Of a stretch of DNA of 64,000 bases, positions 14,037-25,513 are shown in pieces. Under the pieces are notes generated by a model. That model was given only the letters and a program-made list of their open reading frames with translations. It was not told where the DNA came from and made no database searches. The stretch is taken from positions 1,932 to 65,931 of the forward strand of contig CACFMO010000005.1 in assembly GCA_902567495.1 (NCBI GenBank). Direction: 5' to 3'. The position numbers were made by a program, and so were the translations under genes. Position 1 is the first letter of the stretch. Each line of letters opens with the position of its first letter. Origin of the DNA: an uncultured Pelagibacteraceae bacterium. GTDB lineage: Bacteria > Pseudomonadota > Alphaproteobacteria > Pelagibacterales > Pelagibacteraceae.

Positions 14037-14912
14037 TTAACTATTTAGTTTGTTAAATAATGTGTTTCCTATATCTGCGGGTGACTCTGAAATAGTAATA
14101 CCAGCTGACTTCATTACCTCAATTTTATTTTCTGCTCCACCTTGTCCTCCAGAAATTATCGCTCCTGCATGGCCCATTCGTCTTCCTGGAGGTGCAGTGA
14201 GCCCTGCAATAAAACCAACGATAGGTTTATTAATCTTAGATCTTTTAATAAAATCTGATGCCTCTTCCTCTGCTGAGCCTCCTATTTCACCAATCATTAT
14301 TATTGATTCTGTCTCGGGGTCTTTTAAAAATAATTCAAGACAATCAATAAAATTTGTTCCATTAATAGGGTCGCCACCAATACCTATACACGTCGACTGT
14401 CCCATGCCATTTTCAGTTGTTTGAGCAACAGCCTCGTACGTTAAGGTACCTGATCTTGATACAATACCAACTTTCCCTTTTTTATGTATGTCTCCAGGCA
14501 TAATCCCAATTTTGCATTCACCAGGAGTAATTATTCCCGGACAATTAGGTCCGATCAATCTACTCTTACTTTTTTTTAGAAGATTTTTTACTTTCACCAT
14601 ATCCAGAACTGGAACCCCTTCAGTGATACAAACTATGAGGTCTATTTCTGCATCCATTGCTTCAATAATTGCAGATGCAGCGAATTTTGCAGGTACATAT
14701 ATCATTGTTGCTGTTGCTCCAGTTTTATTTATTGCATCTTTTACTGTATCAAATACTGGAAGATTTAAATGTTTCTGTCCTCCTTTTTTTGGAGTGACAC
14801 CACCAACTAATTGTGTTCCATATTTTATTGCTTGTTCTGAATGAAATGTTCCATGCTTTCCTGTAAAACCTTGGCAAATAACTTTTGTGTTTTTATCTAT
14901 TAGAATAGACAT
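14037..14912 (-). CDS. sucD: Succinyl-CoA synthetase alpha subunit
   Basis: [21 protein letters not shown], and the phosphohistidine loop [10 protein letters not shown]. Confidence 0.97.
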   Translation of the reverse strand: MSILIDKNTKVICQGFTGKHGTFHSEQAIKYGTQLVGGVTPKKGGQKHLNLPVFDTVKDAINKTGATATMIYVPAKFAASAIIEAMDAEIDLIVCITEGVPVLDMVKVKNLLKKSKSRLIGPNCPGIITPGECKIGIMPGDIHKKGKVGIVSRSGTLTYEAVAQTTENGMGQSTCIGIGGDPINGTNFIDCLELFLKDPETESIIMIGEIGGSAEEEASDFIKRSKINKPIVGFIAGLTAPPGRRMGHAGAIISGGQGGAENKIEVMKSAGITISESPADIGNTLFNKLNS

Positions 14913-14916
14913 TTGT

Positions 14917-16074
14917 TTATTTTATAGCCTTAACTATTTTTTTTGCTGCATCGTTAAGATTGTCTGCTGATAGTATTTTTAAACCTGATGCATCAAGAAT
15001 TTTTTTTCCTTCTTTAAAATTAGTACCAGCCAAGCGAACAACTAAAGGAACTTTTAATTTTACATCCTTTGCTGCTTCAACAACACCTTGAGCAAGAACA
15101 TCACATTGCATTATACCGCCAAAAATATTTATTAGGACACCTTTTACATTTTTGTCTGAAAGTAGTATTTTAAATGCTGCGGTAACTTTTTCTCTACTGG
15201 CGCCTCCTCCCACATCTAAAAAATTTGCAGGTTCTTCCCCGTAAAGTTTGATTATATCCATAGTCGCCATTGCCAAACCCGCACCATTTACCATGCAACC
15301 TATCGAGCCTTCTAATTTTATGTAAGCCAAATCATGTTTGCTGGCCTCAATCTCTGTAGGATCTTCTTCATTCAAGTCTCTTAACTTATATATTTCTGGG
15401 TGTTTAAAAATTGCATTATCATCAAAATTCATTTTTGCATCTAGACAAAGTATTTCGTTATTTTTTGTAATTACCAATGGGTTAATCTCTATTAATGAGG
15501 CATCTTTAGAAATTAAAGCTTGGTACATAGCAGTAACGAGTTTTGTTGCATCAATCATTTGGTTTTTATCGAATTTAAAGATTTTTAAAATATTATTTAT
15601 ATCTTCAGAACTTAAATTTTTTTTTAAATCTACTTTAGTTGTATTAATTTTTTCTGGGTTTTTTTTTGCTACTGCTTCTATATCTACTCCACCCTCTGTA
15701 CTGCTTATAAAAGCTATTTTTGAACTTTTTCTGTCAACAAGACATGAAAGATAAAATTCTTTTGCAATATCATAGGCTTTTTGAACATAAATCCTTTTTA
15801 CTGCCTTCCCTTCTGGCCCTGTTTGAGGTGTAACAAGAACCTTTCCAAAGAGATTTTTTGCAACATTTATAATATCTTCTTTTTTTACTAGCTTAACACC
15901 TCCAGCTTTTCCTCTGCCACCAGCATGGATTTGGGCTTTTAAGACAAAATGATTTGATTTAAGGCCCTTAATTTTTTCAACTAAATTTTCAGTATTGAAT
16001 ATTACTAGACCTTCAGTAGTTGGAGCACCAAATTCTTTTAAAATTTCTTTTGCCTGATGTTCATGAATGTTCAT
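14917..16074 (-). CDS. sucC: Succinyl-CoA synthetase beta subunit
   Basis: [16 protein letters not shown] start, an ATP-grasp region, and [10 protein letters not shown]. Confidence 0.97.
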   Translation of the reverse strand: MNIHEHQAKEILKEFGAPTTEGLVIFNTENLVEKIKGLKSNHFVLKAQIHAGGRGKAGGVKLVKKEDIINVAKNLFGKVLVTPQTGPEGKAVKRIYVQKAYDIAKEFYLSCLVDRKSSKIAFISSTEGGVDIEAVAKKNPEKINTTKVDLKKNLSSEDINNILKIFKFDKNQMIDATKLVTAMYQALISKDASLIEINPLVITKNNEILCLDAKMNFDDNAIFKHPEIYKLRDLNEEDPTEIEASKHDLAYIKLEGSIGCMVNGAGLAMATMDIIKLYGEEPANFLDVGGGASREKVTAAFKILLSDKNVKGVLINIFGGIMQCDVLAQGVVEAAKDVKLKVPLVVRLAGTNFKEGKKILDASGLKILSADNLNDAAKKIVKAIK

Positions 16075-17654
16075 TAATTATTTTTTCCTATAAAATCCTT
16101 GCATCTTTTAATTTCGTAACTTATTACCCCCTTCAAAATTAATTTTTCTTTAAGACAGCTTTTGTCAAGATAGTCAGCAATACTGCCTTTATGAACAGGG
16201 TAAACAATATAAATAACATCAACATTATTTTTTTTAATTAAATTAATGACTAAATTTTTATATTTTTGTGAGTACTTATTGTTTTTTAAGGGAATTATGC
16301 TCCCATCACTTGTATAAGCCATACTAGGTGAAAAAAAGTTCTCATCTAATATAGAGGATATAAAGGAATAGTGAGTAATAACCATTTTTTTTCTTTTATC
16401 AGTTTGAATTTGACTTTTTAGATCTTTGATAAAATTTATTTCTTCTTCTACATTATCCTTAAAAGGGGGAGTAATCCATTTAAGTCCTTTAAGTTTATTA
16501 TCAATTTTTGTAGCTGGAATTGATTTTGAGAAATTAACTTGATTTAACTCGTGAAATTTTCTGTCTTCATTAACTCTTAAATGATACTTTGATGTAACCA
16601 AAATACAATAAAGAATTAAAAAAAACGTAATTGAATTATTTTTTTTTTCTGTGATTGAATTAATTGCAATGTGAGAGAAACCTACGAGTAAGGGTATTAG
16701 AAAAAAAATATAAGTTTGGTTTTTTGTAAAGAATTGATGAAATATTAAAGACAAGGTAAAAAGCAATATTATTATGAAATAAAAAAAATCTTTTTTCTTA
16801 AGGAATTTTTTTTTATAAATTATAAGCTTTAAATTTATAAAGAAAAATGGAGCAATTGAAATATAGATAAATTTAAAGTGACTTACAACTCCATCAAACG
16901 TTGGTTTAAAGTTACTAAATCTATCATTACCAATTGATTGTGGGTAAAGAATATATTGGTTAATAAAACTTTCAAACTTAATACCACCTAAAAAAATAAG
17001 TAAAATTAAAAAAAAAATAGATAAAATTATTCCAAGTAAAATACTTTTTAAAGGGTCAATTTTGTTTAAGGTAAATAAATAAATTATTATTATGATTGAT
17101 AATATTAAAAAAATATAGAATGCTGGCACTTGTTTTGATAAAAAAGCAAAACCTAAAAAAATTGGAATCGAAATCCAAAATATATTTTTTTCTTTTTTAA
17201 TTGCAAACAAAAGTGAATAAACAGCTAAAAGACAGAAGAAGGTAGAATGGTGATCAACAAATGGTGTGCCACTAGAAGTATAGCCAAGTAGGGAAAATAA
17301 TAAGGAGTATAAGAAACAGTAATAAATTTTTAAACCAAATTCCCTCAATAAAAAATATGTTGCCAAAGAAATAATGCCATTAAATATAGAGGCATGTAAA
17401 ACGTAGCTTGTCCAATTAATCCCAAAAATATAGAAAAAAAATGCCTGTAAATAATTTACTATAACTCCTGATACCATCCAAATATCGGTGAATGGGATGT
17501 CTCCTTTAAGAATTCTATAACCTAAATCGAAATGGTAAAAAGTATCAATTGGAAATGCTCCTAAACTTGCGTAGTGTTGATTTACAATTATTGAAAAAAT
17601 TAAAATAAATAGTATAAAAAAATTATTTATAGTTATTAGATTTTTAACTCTCAT
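16074..17654 (-). CDS. Polytopic inner-membrane protein with GT-C (ArnT/PMT-like) glycosyltransferase-type architecture; function unknown
   Basis: 526 aa. About 400 aa of back-to-back hydrophobic helices are followed by a hydrophilic C-terminal domain of about 130 aa. The first loop PIDTFYHFDLGYRILKG resembles the acidic loop-1 motif of GT-C enzymes. The gene call is solid (long ORF, TAATG overlap with sucC); the family call is weak. Confidence 0.4.
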   Translation of the reverse strand: MRVKNLITINNFFILFILIFSIIVNQHYASLGAFPIDTFYHFDLGYRILKGDIPFTDIWMVSGVIVNYLQAFFFYIFGINWTSYVLHASIFNGIISLATYFLLREFGLKIYYCFLYSLLFSLLGYTSSGTPFVDHHSTFFCLLAVYSLLFAIKKEKNIFWISIPIFLGFAFLSKQVPAFYIFLILSIIIIIYLFTLNKIDPLKSILLGIILSIFFLILLIFLGGIKFESFINQYILYPQSIGNDRFSNFKPTFDGVVSHFKFIYISIAPFFFINLKLIIYKKKFLKKKDFFYFIIILLFTLSLIFHQFFTKNQTYIFFLIPLLVGFSHIAINSITEKKNNSITFFLILYCILVTSKYHLRVNEDRKFHELNQVNFSKSIPATKIDNKLKGLKWITPPFKDNVEEEINFIKDLKSQIQTDKRKKMVITHYSFISSILDENFFSPSMAYTSDGSIIPLKNNKYSQKYKNLVINLIKKNNVDVIYIVYPVHKGSIADYLDKSCLKEKLILKGVISYEIKRCKDFIGKNN

Positions 17655-17672
17655 TTTAGAAAAAATTATAAA

Positions 17673-18635
17673 TTATTTTCCCAAGACTGGATCAATTTTT
17701 GCTGCAGCATTACATAACTCTTTTACAGCATTTATTGAAACATCAAAATTTGATTTTTCATTATTTTCAAGTTCGATCTCTAAAATCTTTTCTACTCCAT
17801 TTTTTCCAATCATTACAGGGACACCTGCATATATATCTTTGTAACCATACTCGCCATTTAAATATGCTGCACAAGGTAATGTTTTTTTTTGATCTTTTAT
17901 GTAAGCCTCTGCCATTTCCACACCTGAAGCGGCAGGAGCATAAAATGCCGAACCTTTTTCCAACAATTTAACAATTTCTGCACCACCTTTTCTAGTTCGG
18001 TTTACAATTTCATCTAATTTACTTTTGGAAATTTTATTTTCTTTGACTAAATCAGCTAAAATTTTATTTTTAATTTTTGTGTGCTTTGGCATTGGGACCA
18101 TAGTATCACCGTGACCACCAAGTACCATAGAATGGATATTTTTAATTGGTTCGTTCAATTCTTTAGATAAAAAATATTTGAATCTTGATGAATCTAGTAT
18201 TCCAGCCATTCCTACAATCATATTTGTTGGTAGTCCTGAATATTTTTGTAAAGCCATCACAATAACGTCTAGTGGGTTTGTGATACAAATAACAAAAGCT
18301 TTGGGGGATGTGTTTTTAATTCCATCAGCAACTTGTTTGATTATTTTAAGATTTGTTCCAAGTAAATCATCACGTGACATCCCTGGCTTCCTCGGAACTC
18401 CTGCTGTTACAATGATTACATCAGAGTCTTTGGTATCATTATAATTATTTGTTCCAACTATATTTACGTTAAAACCGGTAACGCCTGATGATTGAGCTAT
18501 ATCCAGAGCCTTCCCTTTAGCCAACCCTTCAGCAACATCAAAAAGAACAATATTTCCAAGCTCTTTTATTGCAATTAAATGAGCTAAGGTTCCTCCGATT
18601 TGCCCAGCGCCTATAAGAGATATTTTTTTACTCAT
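17673..18635 (-). CDS. mdh: Malate dehydrogenase (LDH-like type)
   Basis: [14 protein letters not shown] Rossmann motif, and GGHGDTMVP with the substrate Arg residues. Confidence 0.95.
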   Translation of the reverse strand: MSKKISLIGAGQIGGTLAHLIAIKELGNIVLFDVAEGLAKGKALDIAQSSGVTGFNVNIVGTNNYNDTKDSDVIIVTAGVPRKPGMSRDDLLGTNLKIIKQVADGIKNTSPKAFVICITNPLDVIVMALQKYSGLPTNMIVGMAGILDSSRFKYFLSKELNEPIKNIHSMVLGGHGDTMVPMPKHTKIKNKILADLVKENKISKSKLDEIVNRTRKGGAEIVKLLEKGSAFYAPAASGVEMAEAYIKDQKKTLPCAAYLNGEYGYKDIYAGVPVMIGKNGVEKILEIELENNEKSNFDVSINAVKELCNAAAKIDPVLGK

Positions 18636-18636
18636 A

Positions 18637-20130
18637 TTATTTCATTGTTGGCATCACAAATTCTGGATCTGATTTAATTCCTGATGGCCATCTTGATGTA
18701 ATTGTTTTTAATTTAGTATAAAATCTTACTCCTTCAGGTCCATGTATGCTTTGATCTCCAAATAAAGACCTTTTCCATCCTCCAAAACTATGAAAAGCCA
18801 TTGGAACAGGTATTGGTATATTAATTCCTACCATTCCAATTTTAACATTGCTTGCAAAAGATCTGCCTGTATCTCCATCTCTTGTAAATATACTCGTTCC
18901 ATTTCCAAATTCATGGTCATTAACTAAAGATAATGCCTCTCCGTAATCTTTAGCTCTTACAACAGAGAGTACTGGCCCAAATATTTCCTCTTTATAAATT
19001 CTCATATTTTTTTTAACATTGTCGAATAGACACCCCCCCATATAAAAACCATTCTCATAACCCTGGAGTTTTAAATTCCTTCCATCAACAACTAGCTTTG
19101 CTCCCTCTTTTACACCAATGTCAACATATCCCTTAACTTTTTCCAAGTGCTCTTTGGTAACCAGTGGTCCCATTTGAGATTTCTTATCTAGTCCAGGACC
19201 AATCTTAAGTGACTCGACTTTTTTTGATAAACTTTCTACTAATGGATCAGCAATTTTTCCAACAGCCACCGCAACTGATTGAGCCATACATCTCTCCCCG
19301 GCTGATCCATAAGCTGCTCCCATCAAACCATTTACTGCTTGATCTAAATCACAATCTGGCATGACCACACAATGATTTTTTGCACCACCTAAAGCTTGAA
19401 CTCTTTTTTCATTTTTTGCACAGTTTTCATAAATATATTTAGCTATAGGTGTTGAGCCCACGAAACTTACTGCGGCTATATCTTTATTATTAATAATCGC
19501 ATCTACTGCCTCTTTATCTCCATTAACAACATTAAAGACACCAGGAGGTAGACCAGCTTCTAAAAATAATTCTGCTAATTTCATTGAACAAGATGGATCT
19601 TTTTCTGATGGTTTCAGAATAAAAGTATTCCCGCAAGCTATTGCAATAGGAAACATCCACATAGGAACCATTGCTGGAAAGTTAAAAGGTGTAATACCAG
19701 CACAAACTCCAAGCGGCTGTCTCATTGACCAACTATCTACATTTGTACCAACATTCTCTGTAAATTCTCCCTTAAGTAATTGTGGTATACCACAAGCAAA
19801 CTCGACAACCTCCAAACCTCTTGTCAAAGAACCTTTGGCATCTTCATAGACTTTTCCATGTTCAGAAACAATAATCTTTGTAAGTTCATCATAATTTTTT
19901 TCAATCAATTCTTTAAATTTAAAAAGCACTCTGGCTCTAAAAAGTGGAGTTTTTTCTGACCAACTAGTAAAAGCTTTTTTTGCAGCTGTAACAGCTTTAT
20001 TTAAATCACTCTCACTTGCAAGATTCACATTGGAACTTACCTCACCAGTAGCTGGGTTGAATACTTTTGCTGTCCTTTTTGAAGAACCTTTTACAGTTTT
20101 GCCATCAATAAAATGCTCTATTGAATTCAT
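18637..20130 (-). CDS. mmsA: Methylmalonate/malonate-semialdehyde dehydrogenase (CoA-acylating)
   Basis: ALDH fold with [31 protein letters not shown], catalytic Cys in GERCMA, and a MmsA-type length of 497 aa. Confidence 0.85.
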   Translation of the reverse strand: MNSIEHFIDGKTVKGSSKRTAKVFNPATGEVSSNVNLASESDLNKAVTAAKKAFTSWSEKTPLFRARVLFKFKELIEKNYDELTKIIVSEHGKVYEDAKGSLTRGLEVVEFACGIPQLLKGEFTENVGTNVDSWSMRQPLGVCAGITPFNFPAMVPMWMFPIAIACGNTFILKPSEKDPSCSMKLAELFLEAGLPPGVFNVVNGDKEAVDAIINNKDIAAVSFVGSTPIAKYIYENCAKNEKRVQALGGAKNHCVVMPDCDLDQAVNGLMGAAYGSAGERCMAQSVAVAVGKIADPLVESLSKKVESLKIGPGLDKKSQMGPLVTKEHLEKVKGYVDIGVKEGAKLVVDGRNLKLQGYENGFYMGGCLFDNVKKNMRIYKEEIFGPVLSVVRAKDYGEALSLVNDHEFGNGTSIFTRDGDTGRSFASNVKIGMVGINIPIPVPMAFHSFGGWKRSLFGDQSIHGPEGVRFYTKLKTITSRWPSGIKSDPEFVMPTMK

Positions 20131-20156
20131 TTTGTTATTAATGATTAATTAAGGTT

Positions 20157-20933
20157 TTAGCTTGATGCAAGCATTTTTTTAATAGAACCAATTGCTTTTG
20201 CAGGATTTAAACCTTTTGGGCAAGAATTTGTGCAATTCATAATCGTATGACATCTATATAGCTTGAGCTCATCTGCAACTTTTTTTAATCTCTCTTTTCT
20301 TTCCTCATCTCTACTATCTGTAATCCAACGATAAGCTTGTAACAAAACTGCTGGCCCTAGGTATTTATCTCCGTTCCACCAATAGCTTGGGCAAGAAGTT
20401 GAGCAACACGCACAAAGTATACACTCATAATATCCATCAAGTTTCGCTCTATCTTCTTGTGACTGTTTAATTTCTGTAGATGTTTTTTCTCCAACTTTAG
20501 ACTTGAGCCAAGGTTCAACAGACTCGTATTGTTTATATAGTGTAGTTAAATCACCAACTAAATCCTTGATAACTTTCAAATGAGGTAATGGATAAATATT
20601 TAGTTCACCTTTTATATCTGAGTGAGACTTAATACAAGACAAAGTGTTTACTCCATCTACATTCATTGCACATGAACCACATACACCATGCGCGCAAGAT
20701 CTTCTAAAAGTTAAAGAGGGATCAATTTCATTTTTAATTTTAAAGAGGATATCTAGTACTTTGGGTCCGCACTCATTAAGATCTACTTCAAATGTGTCGA
20801 TTCTTGGATTCTCGTTACTAGATGGGCTCCATCTATAAACATTAACTTTTTTTAAATTATTCGATCCAGTTTTGTCTTTGTGGTATTTGCCTTTCAAAAT
20901 TTTAGAGTTTTGCGGAAGGCTAAATTGAACCAT
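20157..20933 (-). CDS. sdhB: Succinate dehydrogenase iron-sulfur subunit
   Basis: Three Cys clusters: [27 protein letters not shown] and [17 protein letters not shown]. Confidence 0.95.
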   Translation of the reverse strand: MVQFSLPQNSKILKGKYHKDKTGSNNLKKVNVYRWSPSSNENPRIDTFEVDLNECGPKVLDILFKIKNEIDPSLTFRRSCAHGVCGSCAMNVDGVNTLSCIKSHSDIKGELNIYPLPHLKVIKDLVGDLTTLYKQYESVEPWLKSKVGEKTSTEIKQSQEDRAKLDGYYECILCACCSTSCPSYWWNGDKYLGPAVLLQAYRWITDSRDEERKERLKKVADELKLYRCHTIMNCTNSCPKGLNPAKAIGSIKKMLASS

Positions 20934-22708
20934 TAATAAACTCTTTCTCTTGGAGGAAAGTATTGCACATCGTTTGTTAATGTTTTTGCGTGAACAGGTC
21001 TATAAGCTACTTTAACTTCGTTTCCTTTTTGCCAGGCTAAAGTATGTGTCATATATTTCTTATCATCTCTGGTTTTGAAATCTTCTCTTGCATGAGCTCC
21101 TCTACTCTCTTTTCTATGATAAGCTGAGTCTATTGTCGTCATCGCCTGTCTGATAAGATTATCAAATTCTAAAGTTTCGACAAGATCAGTATTAAATAAT
21201 AAAGACTTGTCTGAAACTGAAATATCAGACATTCCTTCAAAAGGTTTTCTGATTTGATCCATTCCTTCTTTTAGTGTTTTTTCGGTTCTAAAAACTGCAC
21301 ATTTCGATTGCATGGTTCTTTGCATAGATAATCTTAGTTCTGAAGTTTTTGTTCCACCCGAAGCGTTACGAAGTTTGTCAAATCTATCTAGACATTTATC
21401 TGTTTCGCTCTGTGGTATTTCTTCATGAGGTGTTCCAGGTTTAACAAGCTCAGCAGCTCTATTTGCTGCTGATTTTCCAAAAACTACTAAATCGATTAAT
21501 GAGTTTGAACCTAATCTATTTGCACCGTGGACTGAAACACAAGCTGCTTCTCCTATAGCCATTAATCCCGGCACAGTGGACTCTTTTCCATTTAATGTTA
21601 AAACTTCAGCTTTATAATTAGTTGGTATCCCACCCATGTTATAATGAACAGTTGGAACTACTGGTATTGGATCTTTTCTCACGTCCACTTCACAAAATGT
21701 TTTTGCTGATTCTGCAATTCCAGGCAATCTTTCCTCTATTACTTTTGGATCAAGATGGTCTAAGTGTAAATTAACATAATCTTTATTTTTACCAACTCCT
21801 CTACCTTCATTAATTTCAACTGCTATCGATCTACTTACGACATCTCTTGAAGCTAAATCTTTAGCTTTGGGTGCATATTTTTCCATAAATCTTTCGCCCT
21901 TGGAGTTTAAAAGATAACCGCCTTCTCCTCTAACACCTTCTGATATAAGAGTTCCTACTCCGTAAATTCCTGTTGGATGAAATTGAACAAATTCCATGTC
22001 CTGTAATGGTAATCCTGCTCTGAGTGCCATACCATTTCCATCTCCTGTACATGTGTGGGCTGAAGTAGCTGTGTAATAAACTTTACCGTAACCGCCTGTG
22101 GCTAGGATAGTTATGTGTGATCTAAATCTATGTATTGTTCCATCATTTAAATTCCATGCGATCAAACCTTTACACTGACCATCTTTCATTAAAAGATCTA
22201 AAGCAAAGTATTCTATAAAAAATTCTGTATTATGTTTTAAAGCTTGACCATATAAAGTGTGAAGTATTGCATGACCAGTTCTATCCGCTGCTGCACAAGT
22301 TCTTTGTACAGATTCATTTCCATAATTTTTTGTCATTCCACCGAATGCTCTCTGGTAAATTTTTCCCTCTTTTGTTCTACTAAATGGAACGCCGTATTTT
22401 TCTAATTCAATTACAGCTTTAGGAGCTTCTTTACATAAATGCTCGATTGCATCTTGATCACCTAACCAATCAGATCCTTTAACTGTATCGTACATATGCC
22501 ATCTCCAATCATCTTCACCCATATTTCCTAAAGCTGCTGAAATTCCACCTTGTGCAGCTGACGTATGACTTCTTGTTGGAAAAACTTTTGATATACAAGC
22601 AGTTTTAAGACCAGCTTCTGAGAGTCCCACAGCAGCTCTTAATCCTGAGCCACCTGCTCCTAGGACTACAACATCGTATTCATGATCTATAATTTTGTAC
22701 GCTTTCAT
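20933..22708 (-). CDS. sdhA: Succinate dehydrogenase flavoprotein subunit
   Basis: [12 protein letters not shown], the covalent-FAD His region [11 protein letters not shown], and HPTG / [11 protein letters not shown] blocks. Confidence 0.97.
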   Translation of the reverse strand: MKAYKIIDHEYDVVVLGAGGSGLRAAVGLSEAGLKTACISKVFPTRSHTSAAQGGISAALGNMGEDDWRWHMYDTVKGSDWLGDQDAIEHLCKEAPKAVIELEKYGVPFSRTKEGKIYQRAFGGMTKNYGNESVQRTCAAADRTGHAILHTLYGQALKHNTEFFIEYFALDLLMKDGQCKGLIAWNLNDGTIHRFRSHITILATGGYGKVYYTATSAHTCTGDGNGMALRAGLPLQDMEFVQFHPTGIYGVGTLISEGVRGEGGYLLNSKGERFMEKYAPKAKDLASRDVVSRSIAVEINEGRGVGKNKDYVNLHLDHLDPKVIEERLPGIAESAKTFCEVDVRKDPIPVVPTVHYNMGGIPTNYKAEVLTLNGKESTVPGLMAIGEAACVSVHGANRLGSNSLIDLVVFGKSAANRAAELVKPGTPHEEIPQSETDKCLDRFDKLRNASGGTKTSELRLSMQRTMQSKCAVFRTEKTLKEGMDQIRKPFEGMSDISVSDKSLLFNTDLVETLEFDNLIRQAMTTIDSAYHRKESRGAHAREDFKTRDDKKYMTHTLAWQKGNEVKVAYRPVHAKTLTNDVQYFPPRERVY

Positions 22709-22711
22709 AAT

Positions 22712-23035
22712 TTAAAATTTAAATAAAAAAGTAATTAATATTAATGTGACTATTATACTAAAAAAAACAAGTAATCTGTTTGCGGCATTTTTGAGTTTAA
22801 AATTGCTTATATAGTCTTCAAAAACCTCACTAATCGTTAATGTATAAAAAATTGATGAAAATATTAAGAATAAAGTAAAAATTATTTTAGTTGGAAAACT
22901 TTCTAAGAATAAAACAAATTGAGAACTGTTAGCATCTAATATTCCTACTAAATTTAAAATAAACCAAACCATAAAAGGAATAAGTATTCCTGATGTAATT
23001 TTGATTGATAACCATTTTTTTGTTGCTCTAATCAT
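22712..23035 (-). CDS. sdhD: Succinate dehydrogenase hydrophobic anchor subunit (SdhD position)
   Basis: 107 aa with 3 predicted TM helices, lying between sdhC and sdhA. The conserved EDYI motif is kept. The ORF contains no His (see findings). Confidence 0.7.
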   Translation of the reverse strand: MIRATKKWLSIKITSGILIPFMVWFILNLVGILDANSSQFVLFLESFPTKIIFTLFLIFSSIFYTLTISEVFEDYISNFKLKNAANRLLVFFSIIVTLILITFLFKF

Positions 23036-23404
23036 TTAAAATAAATTTTTTCCTATTAAGTAAAACAAAATTGTTAAAACGAATGATCCAATTATAGTAA
23101 GTATCCCTGTAATTCGTGAAATCTTTAGATCAAAACCATATCCCATATCCCATGCTAAATGCCTAATTTCATTTAAGATTTGAAAACTAAATGACCAACA
23201 TATGCTAACTATTAAAAACTTTCCTATTAAAGATTTTGAAAAAATTTGAATATCTGCACCTAAAAAAATTAATATTGAGGAAATGAAAATAATTAAAATA
23301 AAATTGATTATCCCAATTATTCTATGTGAGATAGATAAAAGAGATGATATATGCCATTTATAAACCTGTAGATGAGGAGATAGTGGGTTATTTTTATTAG
23401 ACAT
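23036..23404 (-). CDS. sdhC: Succinate dehydrogenase cytochrome b556-type subunit
   Basis: PLSPHLQVYKW...SISHRIIG and IRHLAWDMGYG are family hallmarks. First gene of sdhCDAB. Confidence 0.85.
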   Translation of the reverse strand: MSNKNNPLSPHLQVYKWHISSLLSISHRIIGIINFILIIFISSILIFLGADIQIFSKSLIGKFLIVSICWSFSFQILNEIRHLAWDMGYGFDLKISRITGILTIIGSFVLTILFYLIGKNLF

Positions 23405-24398
23405 TTATTTTAATTAATTGTTCTGCAATCTGTACTGTATTCAATGCGGCCCCTTTAAGTAAATTGTCAGAAACGACCCACATGTTAATTGCTTTGTTGT
23501 TTGAACTGTCCTTACGAATCCTGGAAACAAATGTTAAATAACTATTTTCGGCTTCTAAAGGGGTTATGTAGCCTCCATCTTTTCTATCATCTATAACTTT
23601 ACAACCACTAGATTTATTTAAAATATTTTTTATACTCTTAATGTCAAATGGTTTTTCAAATTCTACATTGATAGACTCTGAATGAGAAACCATCACAGGA
23701 ACCCTAACACAAGTTGCGGATATTTGGATGTTTGGGTCAAGAATTTTTTTTGTCTCATTAATCATTTTCCACTCTTCTTTTGTATAGCCTTCATCAACAA
23801 ATTCATCGATATGAGGAATTAAATTAAATGCAATTTGCTTTGTAAAATTTTTTGGAGAAATTTTTTTTCCTTCTAGAAAATCCTTTGATTGAGTTATTAA
23901 TTCATCCATTGGAGCTTTCCCTGCACCAGATACTGATTGATAAGTGGAAACTATAACTCTTTTAATGTTAAAATGATCATGCAAAGGTTTTAAAGCAACA
24001 ACCATTTGTATAGTAGAGCAATTTGCATTAGCAATAATGTTCTTTTTTTTGTAATTCTGTAGTTGATCTAGATTAACTTCTGGTACTATTAATGGAACAT
24101 CATTATCCATTCTAAAAAATTTAGAATTATCAATTACTATGGTTTTTTTGCTAGCTTTTGTAGCCCATTGCTCTGCTATTTTACTTCCTGCTGCAAAAAA
24201 AGTTATTTTAGCATTTGAAAAATCATATTTTTCAAGATCTTGAATCTCTATCTCTTTTCCTTTGAATTTAATTTTTTTTCCTGCACTTTTTGCAGACGCC
24301 ACTAAGAATAAATTAGATATTTCAATTTTAGATTTTTCTAAAATCTCAATAGTTTTTCTTCCGACATTGCCGGTGGCACCGATTATAGCTAAATTCAT
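23397..24398 (-). CDS. asd: Aspartate-semialdehyde dehydrogenase
   Basis: IIGATGNVGRK, active-site Cys in ANANCSTIQ, and SGAGK. Overlaps sdhC by 8 nt. Confidence 0.92.
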   Translation of the reverse strand: MNLAIIGATGNVGRKTIEILEKSKIEISNLFLVASAKSAGKKIKFKGKEIEIQDLEKYDFSNAKITFFAAGSKIAEQWATKASKKTIVIDNSKFFRMDNDVPLIVPEVNLDQLQNYKKKNIIANANCSTIQMVVALKPLHDHFNIKRVIVSTYQSVSGAGKAPMDELITQSKDFLEGKKISPKNFTKQIAFNLIPHIDEFVDEGYTKEEWKMINETKKILDPNIQISATCVRVPVMVSHSESINVEFEKPFDIKSIKNILNKSSGCKVIDDRKDGGYITPLEAENSYLTFVSRIRKDSSNNKAINMWVVSDNLLKGAALNTVQIAEQLIKINV

Positions 24399-24409
24399 TA
24401 AAAAGTATT

Positions 24410-25513
24410 TTAATTTAAATTTGATATAATTGCATCACCCATCTCTGAGGTTGATACCTTTTTCTTACCTTTTGACATTATATCTGGAGTTCTTAAACCG
24501 TCTTCTAGTGTTTTTTCAACAGCCTTATCTAACATTGTAGACTCTTTTTGCATTCCTAAAGAATATTTTAATGCCATTGAGAAACTTAATATTGTTGCAA
24601 TTGGGTTTGATATATTTTTGCCAGCAATATCTGGTGCTGAACCGTGGACAGGTTCATACAAAGATCTTGTTCTTCCATTTTTATCTTTATCACCTAATGA
24701 TGCAGATGGTAGCAAACCTAGTGAACCTGTTAACATTGCAGCTTCATCTGATAACATATCCCCAAATAAATTATCAGCTAAAATAACATCAAACTGTTTT
24801 GGATTTCTCAATAATTGCATTGCACAGTTATCTGCTAACATGTGGTTTAGATCGATTTTTTTATAATCTTTATCCTTTAAAGACTGAACTTCCTCTCTCC
24901 AAAGAACACCTGCCTCCATAACATTTGATTTTTCACAAGATGTTACTTTATTATTTCTTTTAGCAGCTAGTTCAAATGCTACTTTGGCAATTCTTTTAAT
25001 TTCCTTTGTTGTATAAACGTGTGTATTCACTCCTCTTCGTTCACCATTTTCTATTGGTTTTACACCTCTTGGCTCACCAAAATATATGCCTCCTGTTAAT
25101 TCTCTTACAATTAAAATATCGAGACCTGAAACTATTTCTGGTTTTAACGTTGAAGAATCTACAAGTTGTTTAAAACAAATGGCTGGTCTTAAATTCGCAA
25201 ATAATTTTAATTCTTTTCTTAATTTTAAAAGAGCTCTTTCAGGTTTTTTTGAAAACTCTAATTTATCATACTGTGGTCCGCCACATGCTCCAACTATTAC
25301 TGCATCACTTTCTAAAGCTTTATAAAATACTTCATCAGTTATTGGTACACCATGTTTATCTATTGCAGCTCCCCCAATAAGATCTTGGTCAATTTTAAAA
25401 TCTAGGGATTTTTTTTTATTAAACCAATCAATAACTTTTCTGGTTTCTCCAACAACCTCTGGGCCTATACCATCACCAGGTAAAAGAAATATTTTTTTTT
25501 GATTTGTTGCCAT
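24410..25513 (-). CDS. leuB: 3-isopropylmalate dehydrogenase
   Basis: [37 protein letters not shown], and [10 protein letters not shown]. Confidence 0.95.
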   Translation of the reverse strand: MATNQKKIFLLPGDGIGPEVVGETRKVIDWFNKKKSLDFKIDQDLIGGAAIDKHGVPITDEVFYKALESDAVIVGACGGPQYDKLEFSKKPERALLKLRKELKLFANLRPAICFKQLVDSSTLKPEIVSGLDILIVRELTGGIYFGEPRGVKPIENGERRGVNTHVYTTKEIKRIAKVAFELAAKRNNKVTSCEKSNVMEAGVLWREEVQSLKDKDYKKIDLNHMLADNCAMQLLRNPKQFDVILADNLFGDMLSDEAAMLTGSLGLLPSASLGDKDKNGRTRSLYEPVHGSAPDIAGKNISNPIATILSFSMALKYSLGMQKESTMLDKAVEKTLEDGLRTPDIMSKGKKKVSTSEMGDAIISNLN

